Assembly: GCA_951406725.2 (NCBI GenBank)
Contig: OX597837.1
Span: 33,976,001 to 34,040,000 of the forward strand
DNA: 64,000 bases
Direction: 5' to 3'
Source of the DNA: Octopus vulgaris
Taxonomy: Eukaryota
The notes under the pieces are model-generated. The model did not search any database. It had not been told where the DNA came from and saw nothing but the letters and a program-made list of their open reading frames with translations. How positions within the stretch are numbered: the first letter of the stretch is position 1; each line of letters begins with the position of its first letter. The position numbers and the translations under genes were made by a program. Below, one piece after another: positions 50,955 to 63,908 of the stretch.

Positions 50955-52115
50955 GCGATGGAGCAAAAGAAGAGTTTGGTTCAGAAGGAATGAGAGAAAT
51001 GATGATGGGTTCGATGTGAGAGATAAGACAAACTTAGGGTAATATAGATTGAGTAAAAAAGAGGGAATTGAAGAAAAATAATTGTGATGAGAGAGAGGGG
51101 GAGAGGAGAGAGAGGGAGAAGAGAGACAGGTGGAGAAGAGGAACAGAAAGAAATATTGAAAAGACTGATTTCTTTCGATTAGGTGTATCGATTTTTTTAA
51201 AGAAGGTCTAATCGATAAAATCGACTGGTTATTATTTATTGATATTAATTTCATCCCCCCCACCTCGCACGACCAGCGAGATTTAAAACACGGATCGTAA
51301 TGAAACAGCGGGGTTAATAACCGGAATTTGAACTCGGCCCTCTCGATCACCACCATGCTACCAATGATTCTTTATACTATAGGCACAAGTTATGAAATTT
51401 TGGGGGAGGGGATTATATCGACCCCCAGTACACAACTGGTACTTATTTAATCGACTCCGAAAGGATGAAAGGCAAAATCGATATCCTACCAATCAATAAT
51501 GACGTTATCTAATTTAGAAGGAAGGGGAACAAATCGATACCATAGACTCCAGTACATGACTGGTACTTTATCTTATTGACCGCAGAGGAAGGAAAAACAA
51601 GGTTACAGTTCGGTTGGATTTAAAATTAGAACGTAAAGAGCTGGAACAAAGACCACAAAGCATTTTGTTCGGCGCACCAGTTCGCTGTCTTTATGGTTTC
51701 TGATTTAGACACAAGGCCAGCAAATTTGAGGGAAGGTATAAGTTGGTACCATTCACTCCCAAGAAGGATGAAAGGCAAAGCTGACATCTGGGTTTGAACT
51801 CGGAACGAATGAAAAACAAAAGACGGAACTAATACTACAAAAGCATTCTCTTTGACGTCGAAACGATTCTGCCAATAACCAATCAATCAATCAGCCATCG
51901 AGTAACCAACCCCTTAAATTAATAATAGAAGTCGACAAGCATTCCAGTGTATGTGACAAGGCCGTAACTTTTGAATTACGTGTACAATCTACTGACGGGC
52001 TTCTCTACAGTTTCTGTAACACACAATTTAGAGAAGTCGATTTGAGGCTGTATCAAAGAATATATTGCAGAAGGTTAAAATCTTTGGAAATGAATACGAA
52101 AACCTCGCTCTAGGT

Positions 52116-52329
52116 CAATGGTTTTCAACCGGGGTCCATACAAGATTTTGTTCAAACTTTTCTGCAATAAAACTGGTTATACTTCGACAAAATGTTTTAA
52201 CATTTTTAAAAATGCTGTTCCTAATGTTTAATTATAAAAATATAAATACTGAATAGCTATGAGGGTCCGCCTGAGTAAAAAAGGAGTCGGTGGGTGTCCA
52301 TAGGTAAAAAAAATGGGTGAGAACCATTG
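52116..52329. mobile_element. hAT-like MITE
   Basis: TIRs caatggttttcaacc and gggtgagaaccattg. Confidence 0.65.
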
Positions 52330-52592
52330 GTTGAGATAGTTCAATGCGAAAAACAGATCGTGATGGGTGAAAGGAATTTGAACAAACTCGTATCGCGCTG
52401 GAACTGTTCAAGCGTAACATTCCAAAAGGTCTTGGTTTGAATATTCCCGAGTATGTTGGCGTACAATCTAATTTAACTTGCAACGAGTGTGGGCATGTCT
52501 ACCTAGGTATGGCAGGCCTGAGAAGAAGTCAACATAGAATCCACACACACACACACAAAGACGTTGTCAACTATGCATTCTACGGCATCTCT

Positions 52593-52982
52593 TTTTTGGA
52601 AGCACTCCGTCGGTTCCGACGATGAGGGTTCCGGTTGATCCGAATCAACGGAACAGCCTGCTCGTGAAATTAACGTGTAAGTGGCTGAGCACTCCACAGA
52701 CACGTGTACCCTTAACGCAGTTCTCGGGGATATTCAGCGTGACACAGAGAGTGACAAGGCCGGCCCTTTGAAATACAGGTACAACAGAAACAGGAAGTAA
52801 GAGTGAGAGAAAGTTGTGGTGAAAGAGTACAGCAGGGATCACCACCATCCCCTGCCGGAGCCTCGTGGAACTTTTAGGTGTTTTCGCTCAATAAACACTC
52901 ACAACGCCCGGTCTGGGAATCGAAACCGCGATCCTATGACCGCGAGTCCGCTGCCCTAACCACTGGGCCATTGCGCCTCCAC
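52593..52982 (-). mobile_element. SINE family D with TSD, inserted in a C2H2-finger remnant
   Basis: (ac)ggcatctct at 52582-52592 and 52981-52991; flanks rejoin as CNECGHV...HRIH...GIS-TCRECGKVC (RTE-like zinc-finger tail). Confidence 0.85.
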
Positions 52983-53912
52983 GGCATCTCTACTTGCAGG
53001 GAGTGTGGAAAAGTATGTACTTAACAGAGGTGAACAGGTATGTCCGTACTGTTCAGGTTTACTAGAACCATTAAGCAACGGCATTACGCAAATTCGAGAC
53101 GTAGTCATTGCACGTACGTATGCATGTATATAATGTACGTACGCGTGTATGCATGTTCGTACAAGATAGTCAACGGGCTGAAAATGAGGACCTCGTGTTT
53201 GCCAAATGAACTTTTTAATTATTTGGCCACAACACGCCTACACTATTCAACAGTAATTATAAAACAACAGATACGATTGTTGTTTTTTAGCCCGAGGTCA
53301 ACCTTTGTCGAGCAGACACATACAATCACAGACATAGCAGCTACGATAACGCATATTTATACTATAGCGGTTTATTATGGAGTAGACTAACTCTACTCAA
53401 ACTATCCTAAGCTTCTGGTCTGTTGACCCATATTAAAACTGAAATCTACCACAAACAGGTAAACACCAACGACCATTTGTGCCTCACTGGGGTTCTTCTC
53501 TTCTAATTACTAATATAATTAATTAGCGGTATGCCTGAGTGTCTGTGCAATAGCTGCTAGAGTACTTTGTCACTGTCTGTATTTCGTGGAAACACCGACA
53601 GGTCGTTTAGTTGAATACCGAATAGAAATATCTAAATTATTGATGTTCCAAAACAGCTATATATATCGAAACGTAGAGTAGATGAAACCATGGCGACTGA
53701 AGAAGGGGTTTTTTCTTTGTGTTAATTGTCCTGTACTCTATTTTTGTTGTTGTTTAAAAAAATGTCCAGTTCCTTGGGTTTGTGTCTATGTTTTCGTTTC
53801 TCATTGTGTTCGACGTTTTTTTGGTGTCCTGTACTCATATATGCGTGTATATATATACATGTAGAGGTAGGTACGTACATATATGTTTATATATATGCAT
53901 ATGTTTTATTTA

Positions 53913-53947
<35 letters not shown>

Positions 53948-54520
53948 ACATTGTCAAATGCTAAAGAGGTCCATGTATGTATTTTTTGATTCACTTGAAC
54001 AGAGTCTTTGCCGCAGATAATTAACTTTGAAACTGAAGATATATTCACCACAAGGATTTTTCACGACTACTAACCGACCACTAAGTTACTGATGGCGGAT
54101 GATTGACATAATGTGTGTGGGGGGAGGTTGGGAGTCAGACGGGAACGAGACGCAGGAGAAACAAAGACACGGTTCTTCTTTTTGTTGTTGTAAACTTGTG
54201 CCGCACTCGAGAAATGTCACCGCTTTAATTGATTACTACCTCTCACTTCCTATAACGACGCCATACTTGTCACGTGTCTAAAACATATGTCTGTGTGCTT
54301 CTGTATGTATGTATGTATGTATGTATATATATATATATATATATAACACACACACACACACGTGGATATATATATATATACCCACAGACATATACGCATG
54401 TATATATAGAAACACATTATCAGACTGTGTAACACTTCTATCGAATGGGCTGTAGACTAAGAGCTCGTATGTCTGCATAACACATATTATATATACCCAG
54501 CTTCTTTGATAAAATAAATG

Positions 54521-54605
<85 letters not shown>

Positions 54606-54819
54606 TGTGTGTGTGTGTGATTTTTATCTCTGGAAACACAAACTAAAAATAAAAAGACCACAGTTCAGGACACAAATTTGCTTTTAAATCGCTGCTAGGA
54701 TTTTTTCGTCAAGGAAAGAAGGGAGGGGGAAAAAACAAACAAACAAAAAAAATCCAAAATGACAACAAACGAAAAAAAAAAAGAAACAAAAAACCCACAA
54801 ACAAATAGCCAGTCTATTT

Positions 54820-55105
54820 TACATTATATATATATACATATAGATACATATATACATACATATACATACATACATACATACATATACATACATATACATA
54901 CATATATACATACATATACATACATATATACATACATATATATATATATACATACATATATATATACATATATATATACACATACATATATATATACATA
55001 TATACATACATATATACATACATATATACATATATATACATATACACATATATACACATATATATACATACATATATATATATATTCATATATATACATA
55101 TACAT
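54820..55105. repeat. Compound (TA/TACA) microsatellite
   Basis: Direct inspection. Confidence 0.9.
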
Positions 55106-55134
55106 AATATAAACACACGCACACACTCCGATGA

Positions 55135-55168
<34 letters not shown>

Positions 55169-55188
55169 TCATCATCATCCACATGACT

Positions 55189-55222
<34 letters not shown>

Positions 55223-56488
55223 CTCATCATCATCCACATGACTTTATACAATTATTTCCCCTTTTTGCTTACTTTTGTGAAATTGAAAATACAAAAAAAA
55301 ACAACATAATAATAATAATAATAATGAAGGAACATCGATATTCCCTCGATGTAGTTCGAATCTGCCACAGTTCCTCCTCCTCCTTTTTCCTTCATTTTCT
55401 TGCTCTTTTTCTGCCTCCTCCTCCGCCTCTCCTCTCGTACAATATCGTTATGGTTCTCATTTTCTCTACTTTTCCTCTTCTTCCTATGTATATATCTCTC
55501 ACTTTAAAGTCTTTTTTTTTACTCTTCTTCCCCCCCTCCCCTCTAATGGTTTCAGTTTATTTTTTAACAAAAAAATAATAGCGGTCATATAGCAACAAAA
55601 AACCTGCTTTCCCGTTCGTCCTGTTCCTCCATTTCTTTTTGTCTCCCAGCTTTCAGAGTAAATTGTTCGACATTTTCACACAAAAATCATACGTAATTTT
55701 TGTGTTCGTACGTATATACAAGGGGAAACCGCTTATTGCAATTGCAGATAATATGAGCAGCCGGTTATTGTTATCTGAAAGCCCCCCACCCTCCAAAGTG
55801 ATTACAATATGTAGTTCACAAGGGCAACAGTCGAATCAGGCAGCACGACTGATTTTTGTGGTTTTCGTTGTCAGGTGACGGTCTTTCTCTAACACGAGAG
55901 GACAGCCATCTTATATATGTGTGTAAGTTTGCGTGCAATAATAGTTTGTAGAACAAATGTGTTTGGTAATCAATTGTGTATTGTGTAATAATAAGATTTA
56001 CAAGAAGGTTGTGGCTTCTGCGTATGTGTGTTGTCTGTTGGAGTTGAGGGCCAAATTGAATTTAAGTGAAGTTTTATGTACAACAATAGTCAGAAATGAA
56101 ATGTCACGCTTATGTCACCAAAAGTCACAGTGGGGGGGGGGATAAAGGGGAAGAAAGGGGGTGATGTGAGTGGTGGGGGGAGGGAGGGAGGGAAAGGAGC
56201 CTGTGGTTTATTTGTTATTAATGGAAAGACAATTATTGAAAAAAAAAAAAAATTAAAAAATTAATTAAAAATTTAAATCCCGAAAGATATCTCTTCTCCG
56301 AAAAAGGAAAAAAAAAAAAAACGAAAAAAACAAAAAATTAAAAAAAAACTTGAAATTTATTCTTTTTTTTTTAAAAGAAAAGGAAAGGGAAAAACTGAAG
56401 TTGAAGAGTCCCTGGGAAATAAGGTCTGTGATTTGTTTGGATGCGGACGAATGGGGGGGAGTTGTGTTTGTTGGTGGTTCGTCTATTG

Positions 56489-57646
56489 TTATAACACTGG
56501 GATAGTTCTGGTGGGAGAGGAGACGAGTACGGGGGAGGAGAGACCGTCCATGTTATTGTAACTGGTCAGCCCCACGGTCAATGGCATGTGTGGACCAGCA
56601 TAGCTAGGAAACTGGAAGGCGCTTGCGGAATTGTAGCGAGGGCTCAACGTCGTCAAGGGGCTCAGCGAGCTCCAGAAATGTAGGATGGGTGTCCGATGAC
56701 TAAGGAGGGGAGACGCCAGAAAGATGGGCGTGTGGATGTTGGAATAGGATGATGACACTTTGAGCGTGGGACTCGGGATCGGAAGTGACGTCCCCGGGGA
56801 CAGAGCAGAAGAGGACGGCGCGTCGACGTGCAGGTTGAGCGGGATGGGTTTGGGTCGTGCCGGGGTCAACACCGAGGACGAGGTCGACGGGCTGTGGCTC
56901 TGCTTGCGATGTGCCGCTTCACGCCGTTCCTCCGCCGCCGACAACGACGACGACAAAGATAACGACGTGGACAAAGAAGAAGGCGATGACGATGACATCG
57001 GCGAAGAAGACGACGACGACGGTGATGACAACGATGACGTAGGTGTCAGCAGGGGCGATGACGTCGACGACGTCGGCGACGATGAATATGACGAAAGTGA
57101 TGACGTTGATGATAACGACAATGGCGACGGAAAATCGACTTTCTTTTCTGAATACTGAGACTTGCCGGAATCCCTTTCGTGTGACTCTAGCTTTATCCCA
57201 GATCTGTGTTCGCTCCCCATCGAAGCAGCGGAATTAGAAGGATGATGCCAAACACTTGCAGCAGCTCTGTTCTCTAGATTGGTGGGTGCAACGAAATGCG
57301 GATAGACCCGTTGGCCATACTCCATGGCTAGGCTTTCCATTTTCACTTTGAACGGAATTTTACTTTCGATTTTTTCAATTTCGGGGAACGAAACGAATTT
57401 GTAGACAAATTTTTGGCCCATGACCTTTTTGATGATGTTCTTGTCGTAGTAATAGCGAAGGGCCCGGCTGAGCTTGTCATAGTTCATGTTGTTCTTGTTT
57501 TTGCGCAAGCCCCAGAGTTTGGCAACTTCCTCGGCATTCACCAGCTTGAATTCACCGTCGTTGTTGGTCCACTGGATAATGTTGCGATGCTGGTGGCTGA
57601 GGAGAAGTTCCAGAAGGAACTGCCAAAGTGTGATGTTGGATTCCAT
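56489..57646 (-). CDS. ELK3: ETS-domain transcription factor of the Elk/TCF subfamily (invertebrate co-ortholog of ELK1/ELK3/ELK4; N-terminus most ELK3-like), 385 aa
   Basis: N-terminal ETS domain [11 protein letters not shown]...[50 protein letters not shown]; MAPK D-site RPKPIPLNL; C-box [13 protein letters not shown]; DEF motif FQFP; C-terminal [12 protein letters not shown]; uninterrupted ORF. Confidence 0.96.
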   Translation of the reverse strand: MESNITLWQFLLELLLSHQHRNIIQWTNNDGEFKLVNAEEVAKLWGLRKNKNNMNYDKLSRALRYYYDKNIIKKVMGQKFVYKFVSFPEIEKIESKIPFKVKMESLAMEYGQRVYPHFVAPTNLENRAAASVWHHPSNSAASMGSEHRSGIKLESHERDSGKSQYSEKKVDFPSPLSLSSTSSLSSYSSSPTSSTSSPLLTPTSSLSSPSSSSSSPMSSSSPSSLSTSLSLSSSLSAAEERREAAHRKQSHSPSTSSSVLTPARPKPIPLNLHVDAPSSSALSPGTSLPIPSPTLKVSSSYSNIHTPIFLASPLLSHRTPILHFWSSLSPLTTLSPRYNSASAFQFPSYAGPHMPLTVGLTSYNNMDGLSSPVLVSSPTRTIPVL

Positions 57647-57648
57647 AC

Positions 57649-57670
57649 CTGTAGGAAAAACAGGAAAACA
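57649..57670 (-). other. Splice acceptor 2 nt upstream of the Elk ATG
   Basis: Minus strand gttttcctgtttttcctaCAG|GT ATG GAA: polypyrimidine tract plus CAG; upstream exon not located. Confidence 0.75.
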
Positions 57671-57956
57671 GCAAATGAGTCAGGACAAAAATAAAAAAAA
57701 GTGAAACAACAAATACTAAAAAAAGACACAGAAAACGAATAAGAACGTCATCATCATCATCATTGTTCGACCGTGGTCGAGACTTTCATAGTTTTTTCAA
57801 ATGGCTAATAATGTGTGCGCGCGCCACTACTACACACATTGGAAAGCATTGTACAACCAAGCACTAAAGAAGATCTTTCCTCCTCCATGAAACAAAGCTG
57901 TTCCCGCTGGACGTCAACCCAGTATTTCTAAGCTACGGACCAAGTGATTTATTGTA

Positions 57957-58107
57957 AGGTTGGCGTTAGGAAGGGCATCCAGCTGTAGAAACACTGCCAG
58001 ATCAGACTGGAGCCTGGGGCAGCCCCTGGCTTCCCAGACCCCGGTCGAACCGTCCAACCCGTGCTAGCGCGGAAAACGGACGTAAAACGATGATGATGAT
58101 GATGATG
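57957..58107 (+). mobile_element. Family E retroposon tail with (GAT)n
   Basis: Homologous to ~27246-27397. Confidence 0.75.
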
Positions 58108-58172
58108 ATAGATTGCCTTCACTACGGCTAAGGAGCCCTTTCTACCCCAGAACGTAGCACACACACAATAAA

Positions 58173-58521
58173 TGAAAGGCTTCAATTTCCAAAACTCAGA
58201 GTTACACGTTTCCAGTCATCATCAGCTAAGCCGAGCCTGCTTCTCTTTTGAAATATGTATTGCTTGAAACATAAAACATCTTTTTGAAACTTGAAATATA
58301 AATTTCGAGAAAACGCTTATATCTTTATGCTATTTTGTTTAAAAAACCTTCGTGAACGACAAAGTAACATAAAAACGATAAGCGTTTTCTTTAAACTTAA
58401 GTTACATATTTCCAGAAATATTCAAACAGGGAATACTTTAAAAGAAAAAGCAGACTTACTCTATCAGCCGATGATCGGAAGTTAATAAATAACTCAGATT
58501 ACTAGAAATCGGAGCCTTTCA
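58173..58521. repeat. Old imperfect fold-back (MITE-like)
   Basis: tgaaaggct../..agcctttca ends; inner gaaaacgcttat/ataagcgttttc. Confidence 0.55.
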
Positions 58522-58975
58522 GTGATAATGTATTAAGGAACACTCTTACATCTGTATTGAGTCCTATAATTTATCGCTTCTGGCGTGTCAACAAATATAT
58601 ATATATATATATAGAATGCATATTCTGCATTAATTGCGAAATCACAGGTGATATGTAACTAAATTCTTTTTTTAAATGATTTGCTTTGAAGTTTTGCATT
58701 CGGTAAAATTTTGTTTATTTTAGTAGTTTTGACCGCATTGGTCCCTCTTTAGCGTGTGGTATCTACGAATAGTAGTACCCTCAATATAAATAAATATTTT
58801 CAAAGTGGAAAAATTTACGGATTTTTTCTCTTACGAGGTTTTTCACGCTAACTACTGATATTTTCTTTTAAAGATTTTATCCTCAATAGTTAATATATAT
58901 ATATACACAGCGTCAGTAGTTCATATATCCGGAAAAAAGCATACTCTAAAGAATTAGAGCAGTAATATATATTTT

Positions 58976-59151
58976 TAGGAAGTTAAAAGTTATCGCTGGT
59001 CATAGAGTGACCATTAGTTTCGCCCCTATAAAGTGCTAAGCTGTGTAGGCAACTCATCAGACGTCGACCATTTGAGTCTGACGAGTCACTATACTGCAAA
59101 GTGTGGAACCAATGGTCACTCTATGAATGGTCATAACCTTTAACTTCTTAA
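58976..59151. repeat. Fold-back element with two divergent hammerhead motifs
   Basis: Arms gaagttaaaagttat..catagagtgaccatt and aatggtcactctatg..ataacctttaacttc. Minus 59065-59005: CTGATGA-gttgccta...taggggc-GAA-acta-a-tggt-C-actc. Plus 59074-59121: gagt-CTGACGA...GGA-acca-a-tggt-C-actc. Confidence 0.75.
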
Positions 59152-59157
59152 TATGTA

Positions 59158-60365
59158 TTAGGTTGGCAAGAAAGTAATTTCGGTTTTTTAGTATGAAATA
59201 AAAGTCATTTTTTTTCCATACAAAGAATGAACTTTAATCAATTATATATTTTCCATTTTGTTCGGCGAGCTTTTGCCATCTTTCTGGCAACTTCCTGGTT
59301 CAGTGCTCGTAGAGCTTCTGGTCCTTATCAGCCAAAAACTGAAGGACGTTTAATTTCAGGTTTTCATCATTATTGAAAGTTTTACCATTCAAGGAATTTT
59401 GCAAACTTCGAAATAGATGGTAATCTGATGGTGCAAGGTAAGGGCTATATGGTGTACGTGACATCACTTCACAACAAAGCTCCAATAATTTTTCACAAGT
59501 TAGCAAAAACGTATGTGATCTAGCGTTGTCATGGTGGAACGCGATTCCTTTACGATTTGTCAATTCTGGTCGTTTTTCTTTGATTGCTTCCTCCAGTTTC
59601 ATTAGTTGTTGACAGTAAACATGTGAATTGATCGTTTGGTTCCTTGGAAGCAGCTCAAAATACACAACACCTTTGTAATCCCACCAAATTGACAGCATGA
59701 CCTTTTTTTTATGCAATTCAGCTTCGTTTTTGATTGATGTTATTGTAGACAATCCATTTTTCATCACCAGTGATGATTCGATAAAAAAAAAAAAGGGTCG
59801 ATTTCATTGCGTTTGAGATGCATATCGCAAATATTGATTCGTGGTGTAAAGTGAATCTCTTTCAATTGATGTGGAACCAAAATATAGAGCTTCTTTAAGA
59901 GTCCAAGATATTTTAAGTGATTTTCAATTGTTGTGTGTGATACATTTAACCTCTCTGCAATCTCTCGCAATCAGATTGAATTATAGTTGTAATTCGGTTA
60001 TCACCTTCGGTAGGTCGACCAGAACGTTGGTCATCTTTGAGTGAAAAATCCTCAGAACGGAATTTTTAAAGCCATTTCTGACATATGCGTTGTTAAGCAA
60101 TCAACACCATAGACTTCACATATCTCTTTGTGACCCCGGAAGTAAAAAAGCAAAATATGGCGAAAGTCGTCGTTTTTGTACTGCATGTTAAAATTGACAC
60201 TGAACTAACAGCTATTAACAAAATTATGCGCAATTTGCTTCTAAAGTAAGCTAAAAGTAACGGCTATCAAATGTCAAAAGGAAAAAAAAATCACAACATT
60301 GATAAAAGTCATTTAAAAAATCGTAATTATTTGCGAAAAACGAAATTATTTTCTTGCCAACCCAA
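59158..60365 (-). mobile_element. Mariner (DD34D) transposon with both TIRs, decayed transposase
   Basis: TIRs ttaggttggcaagaaagtaatttcg and cgaaattattttcttgccaacccaa; KKVMLSIWWDYKG, HHDNARSH...PYSPYLAPSDYHLF (D-34-D); frameshifts. Confidence 0.93.
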
Positions 60366-60366
60366 C

Positions 60367-60410
<44 letters not shown>

Positions 60411-60479
60411 CCACATATAAATAAAAACATGCACAGATTCATACACACACACATACGTGTGTGTGTGTATTGGTTCGTT

Positions 60480-62128
60480 TTATAATTCAACAAAGAGAAC
60501 ACTCCATCTGGCGAGAGTCAAATATTCCTGTTTTAGGACCACAATACATATTTTCGGGGCGTTACTAATAGTTTCACGTGTCTGGAAATCCAGACACGTT
60601 CTCCAGGCGCAGACCACTCTTCGTACTGAACTAAGAACTTTAAATATGGCATGGGACGTGAGAATACGCGAAAAACGTGAGAAAATGGTAGCGTATAGAA
60701 AATCCTAACTTCTAACCGGAAAACGAAACCAACAGACCTGATGTAAATGTAAATAATGTACGAAATTGAATGTAAATTGTGTAAGGAGAGTACAAATGTA
60801 TAAAATATGAAGTAGAAATGTAACGGTATAGATATAAGAAATGTCGGGAATGTAAAAATTTATAAAGTATAAAAAATAAACCTAAAGAAATACTAAAATA
60901 AAGGATGGGGGACGATAGTAGTGTGCGATCTAACATCCTTAGTCTTTTAAATAATAAGGTCGGGGCAATGTCAAATCAATCTGGGATGGATGGGATTGTC
61001 CAGTTCTTCAAAATATATTTTTGCATGTGTCCGCAACTACTGAAAATTTCAGATCTCGAGTTCAATACTAAGTTGGGGACTTTTGATCTGAACAGAATCT
61101 GGGTTCTTTCGGCCAAGCAAAGACTACATTTCTTTGGTCCATTCACATATGTGGGTTTTTCGATTATTTTCCATTTAATCGTACATGGCGTTTTATTCTT
61201 TTTCAAAGCCCTCACGCGGCTGGCTAACTTTGTGACCTTGCTCTTGTCCTTACGTAGTAACGAGGCTATGTGGTTGACATAGCGTTTTTTAAACTCCCCT
61301 TCACATAATCTAATATAGGTATTTTCCCCGGTGTATTATTATTACTATTATTATTATTTAGGGTTGTAGTGACTTTCGTCTCATATACAACTGCCTTGGT
61401 CATGCACTATTTCTCGAGTGGACAGGCTCCTGGATCGCAACAGTTGCATCTAGCTTCAGGCTCTTTATGTTGGCCACGTGTAATGAAACTATGGTGGGGC
61501 AGCAGCTATACGGCAATTTCCCTGATCGCCTGTTGAAAAATTTTCTATATTTGTGATTTACAGGAAAATGTTTGTCAAGGAGAGTCAAAAATATCCTACC
61601 AATGTTCGTTTTTACATTGAGTGAAAAGGGAAGGGCAAATCAAATTATTTTCCTTAGCCATATCTATCCTTAATATCATGATAAGTGTTAGAGGGATTAT
61701 ATGTTAACTCATCTTTAAACCCGCAATTGGCTAGGGCCTTATTATAGTAGCGGGCTGCCCTCTCGAAAATTTCTTTAGAAGAGAGGTAAGACACTCTTCT
61801 ACTAATGTTGGCTACTAGGTTTATGAATATGGCGGGAGGGTGACAAGACTGCCTGTTTACATATGTAAGCTTCTCGTTCTGTTTATAAAAAAGTTTATAT
61901 GAGGAAGTGTTTAGATCTAGGGACACGTCTAAATAGTCTACTGTAGAGAGGTTAGTAGCTACTGTGATTTTAAATTCTAATTGGTTAACGGTAGAGATAA
62001 GTTTTTTTCTAAATCTACATAGTGTGTGCCCATCATGCTCGTGGGAAATAATAAAACCATCGTCATGGTATAGGCCAATGTCATGTGTTGGGTTAATGTA
62101 TTTAGTATGAATAAGCCTGCAAGATGAC
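60480..62128 (-). mobile_element. Penelope-like retroelement (Naiad-like), 5'-truncated: RT C-terminus, GIY-YIG and HHR terminus
   Basis: GLYHDDG...VDYLDVSLDL...SCHPP; II*FALPFSLNVKTNIGRIFL; CNC..CPL..C..KAVVY...YIRL..FKKRY.NH; KCSLCLAE...LNSRSEIFSSCGH; stops and frameshifts. Confidence 0.9.
60559..60610 (-). ncRNA. Type-I hammerhead-like motif (A6G) at the Naiad-like PLE 3' end
   Basis: gcgc-CTGGAGA-acgtgtctgg-attt-ccagacacgt-GAA-acta-t-tagt-A-acgc; 10-bp perfect stem II. Confidence 0.65.
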
Positions 62129-62130
62129 AA

Positions 62131-62526
62131 GAGTGGCTGTGTGGTAAGTAGCTTGCTAACCAACCACATGGTTCCGGGTTCAGTCTCACTGCGTGGCATC
62201 TTGGGCAAGTGTCTTCTGCTATAGCCCCGGGCCGACCAATGCCTTGTGAGTGGATTTGGTAGACGGAAACTGAAAGAAGCCTGTCGTATATATGTATGTA
62301 TGTGTGTGTGTGTGTGTTTGTCCCCCTAGCATTGCTTGACAACCGATGCTGGCTGGTGTGTTTACGTCCCCGTCACTTAGCGGTTCGGCAAAAGAGAGAC
62401 CGATAGAATAAGTACTGGGCTTACAAAGAATAAGTCCCGGGGTCGATTTGCTCGGACTAAAGGCGGTGCTCCAGCATGGCCGCAGTCAAATGACTGAAAC
62501 AAGTAAAAGAGTAAAGAGTAAAGAGT
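62131..62526 (+). mobile_element. SINE family A
   Basis: Head (minus the first bases), body and tail. Confidence 0.9.
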
Positions 62527-62663
62527 ATATATATACAATAATAAATCTCTGGGCGCTTCTGGTGACGCCGATGTTCGCCTGGGGCTAAATGCATCAGTAA
62601 CACCCCCACCACCCCGCCCTGACCCTAGCCACATTCAGATGGCGGATCCCTCTTATGTTATAG

Positions 62664-62700
<37 letters not shown>

Positions 62701-63031
62701 GGGGAAGAGGGGGGTTTCTAATATAAATGGTGGCTTACCTTTGGATTTTGTGTGAGCTGCTTGTGTGCAAAGTCGCTTTGTGAGATGATACTCGGCACCC
62801 ATAATGTCTGAATATCGGCTGGAATCAGAGAGTGTGGGAGATGTAGGAGACTGAACCATTTCTAGAAAGAAAGAAAGAAAGAAAGAAAGAAAATTTAATT
62901 AATTTAGAAAACAAAAATGATGCAATAAAAATTACTCAAAGCGAAATAAAAAAACAAAACACAACAAACAAAAAAAATAAGAGAAAAATATAAACAAATA
63001 TGAAAACTGGAACAGTTTAGTTTTTCACCAA

Positions 63032-63032
63032 A

Positions 63033-63091
<59 letters not shown>

Positions 63092-63908
63092 GAGTGGAAG
63101 ACAGAGAGGAGAGTGAGAGGAGGAGGAACAAGATGGGAAAGAAATAGGGAGAGAGGAGAGAAAAGAGAGAGGAAGACAAGGAGGAGAGAGAAGAGGAGGA
63201 AGAGAGGAGAGTGAGAAAGATAGGAGAGGTAGTGAGAGAGGGCAAGAGAGAGAGGGAGAGTGGAAGAGAGAGAGAGAGAGAGTGGAAGACAGAGAGGAGA
63301 GTGAGAGGAGGAACAAGATGGGAAAGAAATAGGGAGAGAGGAGAGAAAAGAGAGAGGAAGACAAGGAGGGAGAGAGAAGAGGAGGAAGAGAGGAGAGTGA
63401 GAAGGATAGGAGAGGTAGTGAGAGAGGGCAAGAGAGAGATAGAGTGGAAGACAGAGAGGAGAGTGAGAGGAGGAACAAGATGGGAAAGAAATAGGGAGAG
63501 AGGAGAGAAAAGAGAGAGGAAGACAAGGAGGAGAGAGAAGAGGAGGAAGAGAGGAGAGTAAGAAAGATAGGAGAGGTAGTGAGAGAGGGCGAGAGAGAGA
63601 GAGTGGAAGACAGAGAGGAGAGTGAGAGGAGGAACAAGATGGAAAAGAAATAGGGAGAGAGGAGAGAAAAGAGAGAGGAAGACAAGGATGAGAGAGGAGA
63701 GTGAGGAAAGTGAGAAAGATAGGAGAGATAGTGAGAGATAGTGAGAGACAGAGAGGAAAGTGAGAGGAGGAGGAACAAGATGGGAAAGAAATAGGGAGAG
63801 AGGAGAGAAAAGAGAGAGGAAGACAATGAGGAGGGAGAGAGAAGAGGAGGAAGAGAGGAGAGTGAGAAAGATAGGAGAGATAGTGAGAGAGGGCAAGAGA
63901 GAGAGAAG
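63032..63908. repeat. (GA)n plus purine-rich minisatellite, 5 units of ~140-185 bp
   Basis: aacaagatgg(g/a)aaagaaataggg at 63127, 63312, 63474, 63633 and 63774. Confidence 0.9.

Noticed and set aside
56760-57158. Asp-rich plus-strand ORF
   Set aside because: Antisense shadow of the Ser-rich (TCR) tract of the Elk CDS
59300-59767. SETMAR-like host gene
   Set aside because: Lies between mariner TIRs, is frameshifted and has no SET domain
62904-63896. 330-aa Leu/Ser-rich membrane-like ORF
   Set aside because: Translation of the CT-rich strand of a minisatellite
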